This document shows, in pieces, positions 24,361-31,542 of a stretch of 32,000 bases of DNA. Position 1 is the first letter of the stretch. Every line of letters begins with the position of its first letter. The stretch is from assembly GCF_001457595.1 (NCBI RefSeq), contig NZ_LN831039.1, positions 4,920,001 to 4,952,000 on the forward strand, read 5' to 3'. The position numbers and the translations under genes are program-made. The notes beneath the pieces were generated by a model, which did not search any database, was not told where the DNA came from, and was given only the letters and a program-made list of their open reading frames with translations. The stretch is from Mycolicibacterium smegmatis (lineage in GTDB: Bacteria > Actinomycetota > Actinomycetes > Mycobacteriales > Mycobacteriaceae).

Positions 24361-25704
24361 GTGGCGCATTTCCCGAAACCAGCTGTCGGCAGCTGGACCG
24401 AGAACTGGCCCGAACTGGGCACCGCCCCTGTGGATTACACCGACTCCATCGACCCGGAGCAGTGGAAACTGGAGCAGCAGGCCATCTTCCGCAGGACCTG
24501 GCTGCATGTGGGTCGTGTGGAGCGCCTGCCCAAGACCGGGAGCTACTTCACCCGCGAGATGCCATCGGTGGGCAAGGGCACGTCGATCATCGTCGTCAAG
24601 GACAAAGACGGTGCCGTGCGGGCGTTCTACAACATGTGCCGGCACCGCGGCAACAAGCTCGTGTGGAACGACTACCCCGGCGAAGAGGTCTCCGGTACGT
24701 GCAGGCAGTTCACGTGCAAGTACCACGCGTGGCGCTACGCGCTCAACGGTGACCTGACGTTCATCCAGCAGGAGGACGAGTTCTTCGACGTCGACAAGGC
24801 CGACTACCCGCTCAAGCCCGTGCGGTGCGAGATCTGGGAAGGGTTCATCTTCGTCAACTTCGACGACGACGCCATGCCGCTCGAGGAGTACCTCGGCGAG
24901 TTCGGGCAGGGCCTCAAAGGTTATCCGTTCCACGAGATGACCGAGGTGTACAGCTACCGCGCCGAGATCAACTCGAACTGGAAGCTCTTCATCGACGCGT
25001 TCGTCGAGTTCTACCACGCCCCGATCCTGCACATGAAGCAGGCGACGCCCGAAGAGGCCGCCAAGCTGGCCAAGATCGGCTTCGAGGCGCTGCACTACGA
25101 CATCAAGGGCGACCACTCGATGATCTCGTCCTGGGGCGGCATGAGCCCGCCGAAGGACCTCAACATGGTCAAGCCGATCGAGCGCATCCTGCACAGCGGT
25201 CTGTTCGGCCCGTGGGACCGTCCCGACATCAAGGGCATCCTGCCCGACGAGTTGCCGCCCGCGGTCAACCCGGCCCGTCAGCCCACGTGGGGCCAGGACA
25301 GCTTCGAGTTCTTCCCCAACTTCACTCTGCTGCTGTGGGTTCCGGGCTGGTATCTGACCTACAACTACTGGCCGACCGACGTCGACAAGCACATCTTCGA
25401 GTGCAACCTGTACTTCGTCCCGCCGAAGAACACCCGTCAGCGGCTCGCGCAGGAACTCGCGGCCGTGACGTTCAAGGAGTACGCGCTGCAGGACGCAAAC
25501 ACGCTGGAGGCCACGCAGACGCAGATCAACACGCGCGCGGTGACCGAGTTCCCGCTGTGCGACCAGGAGGTGCTGCTGCGCCACCTGCACCACACGGCGC
25601 ACAAGTACGTCGATGCCTACAAGGCCGAACTGGCGGAGAAAACCCAGAAGGCCGAGTCCAACGGGTCGGCCGTCACGAGCGAGAAGGACGCCGCGCATGT
25701 CTGA
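24361..25704 (+). CDS. Rieske [2Fe-2S] non-heme-iron oxygenase, alpha (catalytic) subunit, 447 aa
   Basis: The Rieske ligands are CRH...CKYHAW. The mononuclear-iron region is NWKLFIDAFVEFYHAPILH. Confidence 0.9.
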   Translation: MAHFPKPAVGSWTENWPELGTAPVDYTDSIDPEQWKLEQQAIFRRTWLHVGRVERLPKTGSYFTREMPSVGKGTSIIVVKDKDGAVRAFYNMCRHRGNKLVWNDYPGEEVSGTCRQFTCKYHAWRYALNGDLTFIQQEDEFFDVDKADYPLKPVRCEIWEGFIFVNFDDDAMPLEEYLGEFGQGLKGYPFHEMTEVYSYRAEINSNWKLFIDAFVEFYHAPILHMKQATPEEAAKLAKIGFEALHYDIKGDHSMISSWGGMSPPKDLNMVKPIERILHSGLFGPWDRPDIKGILPDELPPAVNPARQPTWGQDSFEFFPNFTLLLWVPGWYLTYNYWPTDVDKHIFECNLYFVPPKNTRQRLAQELAAVTFKEYALQDANTLEATQTQINTRAVTEFPLCDQEVLLRHLHHTAHKYVDAYKAELAEKTQKAESNGSAVTSEKDAAHV

Positions 25705-26044
25705 CACCACCACAGAACGCCTGCTGCCCGAGGAGTTCGCCTACCTCGAGCGGTTCTCCGACTGGATCCTGCCGACCGAACCCGAGCGCTACGCCAAGCG
25801 GCTGTCGTCGTCGATGGAGGAGATGCAGGAGCTCTACGACGTCGGGATGGCCCGCCTCGAGGAGGTCATGACCTACCTCGACGCGCGATTCCCGTTGCAC
25901 GGCATGCCCGATGACGCCAAGCGCCTCATGCACCTCATGCAGTCGGTGGTGATGGTGAGCTTCCCGGTCGAGGTGTGGAAGCAGCCGCGTGTCCTCGACA
26001 GCGGGGCCGCGTGGGTCGAGATCGTCAGGGAGCCGGTGGTGTAA
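25697..26044 (+). CDS. Hypothetical 115-aa protein, translationally coupled to the Rieske oxygenase
   Basis: The ATG lies 8 nt inside the oxygenase gene (ATGTCTGA). Codon usage is native-looking. I recognise no domain (MSDTTTERLLPEEFAYLERFSDWILPTEPERY...). Confidence 0.6.
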   Translation: MSDTTTERLLPEEFAYLERFSDWILPTEPERYAKRLSSSMEEMQELYDVGMARLEEVMTYLDARFPLHGMPDDAKRLMHLMQSVVMVSFPVEVWKQPRVLDSGAAWVEIVREPVV

Positions 26045-26046
26045 GG

Positions 26047-27267
26047 GTGCTGACCCTCAAAGCTGCGGGTCTCGTCGACGTCGACACCGGGGAACTCATC
26101 CGCCCCGGTGTCGTGCGCGTCGAGGGCGACCGCATAGTCGGCATCGGCGGCCCGGCCGAAGGCGAGGTCATCGACCTCGGGGATGCCATCCTGCTGCCCG
26201 GCCTGATGGACATGGAGGTCAACCTCCTCATGGGCGGGCGCGGTGAGAATCCCGGGCTGTCGCAGGTACAGGACGATCCCCCCACCCGTGTGCTGCGCGC
26301 CGTGGGCAACGCGCGCCGCACGCTGCGGGCCGGTTTCACCACCGTGCGCAACCTCGGCCTGTTCGTCAAGACCGGCGGTTACCTGCTGGATGTCGCGCTG
26401 GGCAAGGCGATCGACGCGGGGTGGATCGACGGACCGCGCGTGATCCCGGCAGGCCACGCGATCACCCCGACCGGTGGACACCTGGATCCCACGATGTTCG
26501 CCGCGTTCATGCCCGGCGTGCTGGAACTGACCGTCGAGGAGGGCATCGCCAACGGCGTCGACGAGATCCGCAAGGCCGTGCGCTACCAGATCAAGCACGG
26601 CGCACAGCTGATCAAGGTGTGCTGTTCGGGCGGTGTGATGTCACTGACCGGAGAGGCCGGGGCACAACACTATTCGGACGAAGAGCTGCGTGTCATCGTC
26701 GACGAGGCACACCGGCGCGGGTTGCGGGTCGCCGCACACACGCACGGCGCCGAGGCCGTCAAACACGCGATCGACTGCGGCATCGACTGCATCGAACACG
26801 GCTTCCTCATGGACGACGAGGCCATCGAGATGATGGTGGCGCACGACCGGTTCCTGGTGTCGACGCGTCGGCTCGCCGAGTACATGGACGTCTCCAAGGC
26901 GCCACCGGAGCTTCAGGCCAAGGCCGCCGAGATGTTCCCCAAGGCGCGCACGTCGATCAAGGCCGCGTACGAGGCCGGCGTCAAGATCGCTATCGGCACC
27001 GACGCCCCGGCCATCCCCCACGGCCGCAACGCCGACGAACTGGTCACGCTGGTGCAGTGGGGCCTGCCGCCTGCGGCCGTGCTGAAAGCGGCCACCGTGA
27101 CCGCGGCCGAGTTGATCAACGTGACCGACCGCGGCCGCCTCGCCGAAGGCCTGCTGGCCGACATCATCGCGGTGCCGGGCAACCCGCTGGAAGACATCAG
27201 CGTTACACAAAACGTAGACTTTGTAATGAAAGGCGGTAAGGTCTTCCGCAATGACAAAGCCAACTGA
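26047..27267 (+). CDS. Amidohydrolase-superfamily protein (imidazolonepropionase/prolidase-related TIM barrel) with a non-canonical first metal motif, 406 aa
   Basis: GTG start 2 nt after the upstream stop. It has LLPGLMDMEVNL (ExN where HxH is expected), LIKVCCSGG, AAHTHG, IEHG and IGTDAP. Confidence 0.87.
   Translation: MLTLKAAGLVDVDTGELIRPGVVRVEGDRIVGIGGPAEGEVIDLGDAILLPGLMDMEVNLLMGGRGENPGLSQVQDDPPTRVLRAVGNARRTLRAGFTTVRNLGLFVKTGGYLLDVALGKAIDAGWIDGPRVIPAGHAITPTGGHLDPTMFAAFMPGVLELTVEEGIANGVDEIRKAVRYQIKHGAQLIKVCCSGGVMSLTGEAGAQHYSDEELRVIVDEAHRRGLRVAAHTHGAEAVKHAIDCGIDCIEHGFLMDDEAIEMMVAHDRFLVSTRRLAEYMDVSKAPPELQAKAAEMFPKARTSIKAAYEAGVKIAIGTDAPAIPHGRNADELVTLVQWGLPPAAVLKAATVTAAELINVTDRGRLAEGLLADIIAVPGNPLEDISVTQNVDFVMKGGKVFRNDKAN
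27200..27228. promoter_or_regulatory. Operator-like dyad GCGTTAC-N16-GTAATG embedded in the 3' end of the amidohydrolase gene
   Basis: The left arm is the same 7-mer and the spacing the same 16 nt as at 4813-4842. One position of the right arm differs (GTAAT vs GTAAC). It lies 22 nt upstream of ATG 27251, in a locally AT-rich coding tail. Confidence 0.35.
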
Positions 27268-27694
27268 CGCCCCGACACGCACCGAGGATCTCGTCGAGAT
27301 CCAGCAGTTGCTCGCGAAGTATGCGGTCACCATCACCCAGGGCGACATCGACGGTCTGATAAGCGTTTTCACGCCCGACGGCACCTACAGCGCGTTCGGC
27401 GAGACGTACACCCTCAACCGGTTCCCGGTGCTCGTCGACGCAGCGCCCAAGGGCCTGTTCATGACCGGCACGGCGCTCGTGGACCTGGTGCAGGGCGCTG
27501 ATACCGCCACCGGGACCCAGCCACTGTGCTTCATCGAGCACTCCACGCACGACATGCGCATCGGCTACTACCGCGACACGTATGAGCGCACGGCCGACGG
27601 CTGGCGCCTGAAAACCCGTTCCATGACGTTCATCCGGCGTAACGGCGACCACGACCACGGCCGTCCGCACGCCATCGGCAGGCCGGAAGCTTAG
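27251..27694 (+). CDS. SnoaL-like / NTF2-fold protein, 147 aa
   Basis: It has EDLVEIQQLLAKYAVTITQGDIDGLISVFTPDGTY...YRDTYERTADGWRLKTR. The start overlaps the upstream gene by 17 nt. Confidence 0.75.
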   Translation: MTKPTDAPTRTEDLVEIQQLLAKYAVTITQGDIDGLISVFTPDGTYSAFGETYTLNRFPVLVDAAPKGLFMTGTALVDLVQGADTATGTQPLCFIEHSTHDMRIGYYRDTYERTADGWRLKTRSMTFIRRNGDHDHGRPHAIGRPEA

Positions 27695-28816
27695 ATGACC
27701 GAACTCCACGACCCCACCGCATTCCGCACGGCGCTGCAGGACTGGCTGGGCCGGACCGACCTCACGCCACCCGAGGACCATTCGCTCGAAGCGCACATGA
27801 CCCAGTTCCGCCGGGTACAGCGCGCGCTGTACGACGCAGACTTCGGTCGCTACGGCTGGCCCGAGACCGCCGGTGGGCTGGGTGGCCCGGACGTGCTGCG
27901 CGCCATCGTCGGCGAAGAGATCGTGGGCCGGCGATTGGCCGAACCCGGTCCGTGGTCGATGCTGGAGGTGCTCGCGCCGACCATGATCGACTACGCCCAC
28001 CCCGAACTCGCCGCCGAGATGGTGCCGAAGCTGCTGCGCGGCGACGAACAGTGGTGCCAAGGGTTTTCCGAACCCGGAGCGGGCAGCGACCTCGCCTCGA
28101 TCACCACGCGCGCCACCCAGAAGGGTGACAAGTGGATCATCAACGGCCAGAAGGTGTGGACGAGCTTCGCGCAGTTCTCGCAACGGTGCATCCTGCTGAC
28201 CCGCACCGGGGACGCAGGCACCCCGAACCACCAGGCGATCACGGCGTTCTTCGTCGACCTCGACACACCCGGCATCACCGTGCGGCCGTTGCGCACCATG
28301 CACGACGTCGACGAATTCTGCGAGGTGTACTTCGACGACGTCGAGGTCGACGCGGGCCGCATGCTCGGAAACCCCGGCCAGGGTTGGCAACTCGCGATGG
28401 CCCTGCTGCCGTACGAGCGCTCGACATGCTTCTGGCAGCGCATCGCGTACCTGTACTCGCGGTTCGACGCGCTCATCGAGGCCGTCAAACGCCAGGGCCA
28501 GGTCGTCGATTCGGATCTGGGCGAGGTCTACCTGGCCCTGCACACCGTGCGCTGCCGGTCGGCGGCCACACAGCGCAGACTCGCCGAGGGGCACAAGCTG
28601 GGTCCGGACACCTCGATCGACAAGGTGCTGCTGGCCAACGCCGAACAACTGCTCTACGACACGGCCCGCAATCTGTTGCCCGGCGTGATCGAACTCGAGG
28701 ATTCCGAATGGCGCACCGAGTACCTGTACTCGCGCGCGGCCACGATCTACGGCGGTACCGCCGAGGTGCAGCGCAACATCATCGCGCACCGCCTACTGGA
28801 CCTCCCGAAGGGATGA
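27695..28816 (+). CDS. Acyl-CoA dehydrogenase, large (alpha-type) subunit of a probable heteromeric ACAD, 373 aa
   Basis: The ATG lies directly after the upstream TAG. It has FSEPGAGSDLAS, NGQKVWTSFA and IYGGTAEVQRNII. Confidence 0.87.
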   Translation: MTELHDPTAFRTALQDWLGRTDLTPPEDHSLEAHMTQFRRVQRALYDADFGRYGWPETAGGLGGPDVLRAIVGEEIVGRRLAEPGPWSMLEVLAPTMIDYAHPELAAEMVPKLLRGDEQWCQGFSEPGAGSDLASITTRATQKGDKWIINGQKVWTSFAQFSQRCILLTRTGDAGTPNHQAITAFFVDLDTPGITVRPLRTMHDVDEFCEVYFDDVEVDAGRMLGNPGQGWQLAMALLPYERSTCFWQRIAYLYSRFDALIEAVKRQGQVVDSDLGEVYLALHTVRCRSAATQRRLAEGHKLGPDTSIDKVLLANAEQLLYDTARNLLPGVIELEDSEWRTEYLYSRAATIYGGTAEVQRNIIAHRLLDLPKG

Positions 28817-29628
28817 CGGACATGGACGCCGAATCGCTAGGCCTGCTGGAAGAGACGCTGCGCAAGACCATGCTGTCGGCGTCCGGCGCGAAGCTCGACG
28901 CCGCGCTGGCCGAACTGGGCTGGGCCGAGATGCTCAGCGACATGCCCGAGGTCGCCATGCCGCTGGTGTTCCGGCTGCTGGGCGAAACCGGTTCACACGC
29001 CTCGGTTCTCAACGACGTGCTGCTGGAGACCATCGGCGGGCTGCCGGGCGGCACTCCGCCGATGCCGTATGCGGGTGGTGGCTGGGTCGTGTGGGAGCGC
29101 AGAGACAGCACGGACAGCGCAGACAGCGCCAACCCCACGTTGGGCGGGCTGCCGCTGCGCAAGGTGCCTGACGGGCAACTGCTGCGGATCTCGGAGGCCC
29201 GCAGGGCCCTGGGCTGGTGGCTCGTCGGCTCGGCACGCGCGATGCTGGCGCTGGCGCGTCAGCACGCGATGGACCGCGTGCAGTTCGGCGCGCCGATCGC
29301 GACGTTCCAGGCCGTGCGTCACCGGCTCGCCGAGACGCTCGTGGCCATCGAGGGCGCCGAGGCGACCCTGAGCCAGCCCAACGCCGACAACGTCGACCTC
29401 ACCTCGCTTTTGGCCAAGGCCGCCGCGGGCAAGGCCGCGCTGACCGCGGCCAGGCACTGCCAGCAGGTGCTGGGCGGCATCGGTTTCACCGCAGAACACG
29501 AGTTGCACACCCACGTCGAGCGGGTGCTGGTGCTCGACGGATTGCTGGGCAACGCACGCGAACTCACGCGCAAGGCCGGATCGGGTATGCGCGCCAGGGG
29601 CACCGCGCCGCGCATGGCGCAGGTCTAG
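28813..29628 (+). CDS. Acyl-CoA dehydrogenase-like small (beta-type) subunit, 271 aa
   Basis: The ATG overlaps the upstream stop (ATGA). It has a C-terminal ACAD helical domain (RVQFGAPIATFQAVRHRLAE...GGIGFTAEHELH) and a short N-terminal part. Confidence 0.8.
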   Translation: MTDMDAESLGLLEETLRKTMLSASGAKLDAALAELGWAEMLSDMPEVAMPLVFRLLGETGSHASVLNDVLLETIGGLPGGTPPMPYAGGGWVVWERRDSTDSADSANPTLGGLPLRKVPDGQLLRISEARRALGWWLVGSARAMLALARQHAMDRVQFGAPIATFQAVRHRLAETLVAIEGAEATLSQPNADNVDLTSLLAKAAAGKAALTAARHCQQVLGGIGFTAEHELHTHVERVLVLDGLLGNARELTRKAGSGMRARGTAPRMAQV

Positions 29629-29640
29629 CTTCACGCCGCA

Positions 29641-29659
29641 GGCGCCGGGGCATGGCGCC
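29641..29659. terminator. Short GC hairpin between convergent genes
   Basis: GGCGCC-ggggcat-GGCGCC lies in the 31-nt gap between the stops at 29628 and 29660. There is no clear U-tract. Confidence 0.3.
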
Positions 29660-30481
29660 CTACTTGATGTTGGCCTTCATTTCCTCGATGTCGACCAGCA
29701 CCGGCCAACCGCTGACGCTCAGCGCGTTGCCGTGCCCGGTCTGGTGGATGTCGAAGACCGATTGGATGGCCGCGTAGAAGCCCTGCACGTCGAGTGTCTG
29801 GTTCACGGCCCGCTTGGCCTGGCGCAGTGCGAACGGCGGCATCGTGGCGATCTGTTCGGCCAGCTCGCGGGTCTGCGCGTCGAGTTCGTCACGCGCGACG
29901 ACGCGGTTGACCATGCCGGTGCGCTCGGCCTCCTCCGCCGTCAGCGCGCGCCCGGTGAACAAAATCTCCTTGGCCTTGCGCGGGCCGAGTTCCCACGTGT
30001 GACCGTGGTATTCGACGCCACCGATGCCCATGAGCGCCACCGGGTCGGAGAACAGCGCGTCGTCGGACGCCAGGATCAGATCACACGGCCAGCACAGCAG
30101 CAGACCACCCGAGATGCAGCGCCCCTGGACGGCCGCGATCGACGGCTTGGGCACGTTGCGCCAGCGCAGCGTGTAGTCGAGATAGCGCCTGGCCTCGTGC
30201 TGGATGATGAATTCCAGTGAGATCTTCTCGGGCACTTCACCACCGCCACGCAGATCGTGCCCGGCGGAGAAGTGCTTTCCGTTGGCCCGCAGAATGATGA
30301 CCTTGACCTCGTTGTCCTCGGCGGCCCTGGTCCAGGCCGCGTCGAGTTCGTCGAGCAGTTCGGGGTTCTGCGCGTTGGCGGCCTCGGGGCGGTTGAGCGT
30401 GATGGTCGCGATCGAGTCGGCGACGCCGTAGTCGATGTACACGTGGGTCCCTTCGGGGCGCCGGATGCAGGACGGGTGCAT
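29660..30481 (-). CDS. Crotonase-superfamily (enoyl-CoA hydratase/isomerase family) protein, 273 aa
   Basis: It has IATITLNRPEAANA, HFSAGHDL and AAVQGRCISGGLLLCWPCDLILASDDALFSDPV. The start is ATG 30481, with an alternative GTG at 30442. Confidence 0.88.
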   Translation of the reverse strand: MHPSCIRRPEGTHVYIDYGVADSIATITLNRPEAANAQNPELLDELDAAWTRAAEDNEVKVIILRANGKHFSAGHDLRGGGEVPEKISLEFIIQHEARRYLDYTLRWRNVPKPSIAAVQGRCISGGLLLCWPCDLILASDDALFSDPVALMGIGGVEYHGHTWELGPRKAKEILFTGRALTAEEAERTGMVNRVVARDELDAQTRELAEQIATMPPFALRQAKRAVNQTLDVQGFYAAIQSVFDIHQTGHGNALSVSGWPVLVDIEEMKANIK

Positions 30482-30521
30482 GAGAGGGCCTTCTTCTCGA
30501 AGACCTTCTAGGATTCCCGTG

Positions 30522-30540
30522 CCGAGAATACTATTCTCGG
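30522..30540. promoter_or_regulatory. Perfect 9+9-nt palindrome CCGAGAATA-C-TATTCTCGG (GAGAA-N5-TTCTC family); candidate TetR-C autoregulatory operator
   Basis: It is centred in the 113-nt divergent gap between the crotonase gene and TetR-C. Confidence 0.6.
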
Positions 30541-30594
30541 TATACGAAAGTTACAATCTCCGACACGTTGGCCGCGAGGGGGTCTGGGACCACT

Positions 30595-31323
30595 ATGGCA
30601 AGGCGTTCTCCGGTACAGTCGATCCATGCTCTCCCGACTCGACAAGCATCTGAGCCGTCCGTGACCAGCGCCGGCGAAGAACCCGCATGGAAGCAGCGGG
30701 CGGTCGAGCGGTCGATCAAAACCGCGAAGTTGCGCGCCGCCCAGCGAGTACAGCGCTTCCTGGACGCCGCCCAGGCGATCATCATCGAAAAAGGCAGCAC
30801 CGACTTCACGGTGCAGGAGGTCGTCGACCGCTCCCGGCAGTCACTGCGCAGCTTCTACCTGCAGTTCGACGGTAAGCACGAACTGCTGCTCGCACTCTTC
30901 GAGGACGCGCTGAGCCGCTCTGCCGACCAGATCCGCGCCGCGACCGCGAGCCATTCGGACCCATTGGAACGTCTCAAAGTGGCCATCCAGCTGCTGTTCG
31001 AGTCGTCCCGGCCGGATCCGGCCGCCAAGCGGCCGCTGTTCACCGACTTCGCACCGCGCCTTCTGGTGTCCCATCCGTCCGAGGTCAAAGTCGCGCACGC
31101 GCCGCTGCTGGCCCTGCTCACCGAGTTGATGGAAGAGGCGGGCGAGGCCGGCCTCCTCCGCGAGGGCATCAACCCGAAGCGCATGGCCGCGATGACGATG
31201 CAGACCGTCATGTTCGTCGCGCAGTCGAGTGGCGGGGCCGACGAGTCCACGCCCAATCCCATCACGGCCGACGAGGTCTGGGACTTCGTCGCGCACGGCT
31301 TCTCAGCCGATCCGCCCGCCTGA
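30595..31323 (+). CDS. TetR/AcrR family transcriptional regulator (TetR-C), 242 aa (251 aa if TTG 30568 is used)
   Basis: The HTH region is RFLDAAQAIIIEKGSTDFTVQEVVDRSRQSLRSFYLQFDGKHELL. It has a long N-terminal extension. Confidence 0.85.
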   Translation: MARRSPVQSIHALPTRQASEPSVTSAGEEPAWKQRAVERSIKTAKLRAAQRVQRFLDAAQAIIIEKGSTDFTVQEVVDRSRQSLRSFYLQFDGKHELLLALFEDALSRSADQIRAATASHSDPLERLKVAIQLLFESSRPDPAAKRPLFTDFAPRLLVSHPSEVKVAHAPLLALLTELMEEAGEAGLLREGINPKRMAAMTMQTVMFVAQSSGGADESTPNPITADEVWDFVAHGFSADPPA

Positions 31324-31336
31324 GAACCACGTTCTC
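31322..31336. promoter_or_regulatory. Perfect dyad GAGAAC-CAC-GTTCTC overlapping the TetR-C stop codon
   Basis: It is seen directly in the sequence and has the same GAGAA-N5-TTCTC architecture as the other sites. Confidence 0.5.
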
Positions 31337-31463
31337 CGCGCGTCAGAAGCCATTACTCCTTGGGCGTGATGCCGGTCACGGGAATGGTTTCTCCGACCGA
31401 TCCCTTTCCGCCGCCCGCACAATTTCGACAACGCATGTTGCCATTCTTTTCTGTTGTGCAGTC

Positions 31464-31480
31464 GCTCAGCATTGCTGAGC
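31464..31480 (+). terminator. Small hairpin GCTCAGC-att-GCTGAGC followed by a T-rich tract
   Basis: A 7-bp stem with a 3-nt loop is followed by atgTGTTGTG. It lies 140 nt downstream of the TetR-C stop. It is a weak terminator candidate. Confidence 0.3.
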
Positions 31481-31523
31481 ATGTGTTGTGAAGCGTCCGT
31501 TTCGCTGCTCTGGACAGCGATGC

Positions 31524-31542
31524 ATGAGAACCTGATTCTTGC
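31524..31542. promoter_or_regulatory. Operator-like site ATGAGAACCTGATTCTTGC (GAGAA-N5-TTCTT)
   Basis: Its first 16 nt are identical to 23722-23737. It lies 132 nt upstream of the SDR start at 31674. Confidence 0.45.

Noticed and set aside
29103-29130. Short GACAGC-type repeat (encoding DSTDSADSA) inside the small ACAD subunit
   Set aside because: It is a low-complexity coding repeat in a probable surface loop, with no evidence of wider significance.
28132-29628. 498-aa ORF overlapping the large ACAD gene
   Set aside because: Only the last 271 codons (from ATG 28813) look like protein, an ACAD C-terminal domain. The upstream part is an out-of-frame, Arg-rich read of the alpha-subunit gene.
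9058-31540. Calling the GAGAA-N5-TTCTC sites KstR (cholesterol regulon) boxes
   Set aside because: The published KstR consensus, as I recall it, is TnnAACnnGTTnnA, an even 14-nt dyad with 2 nt between AAC and GTT. These sites have an odd centre (AAC-N3-GTT in the best case). They are related in flavour but not the same spacing, so no KstR assignment is made.
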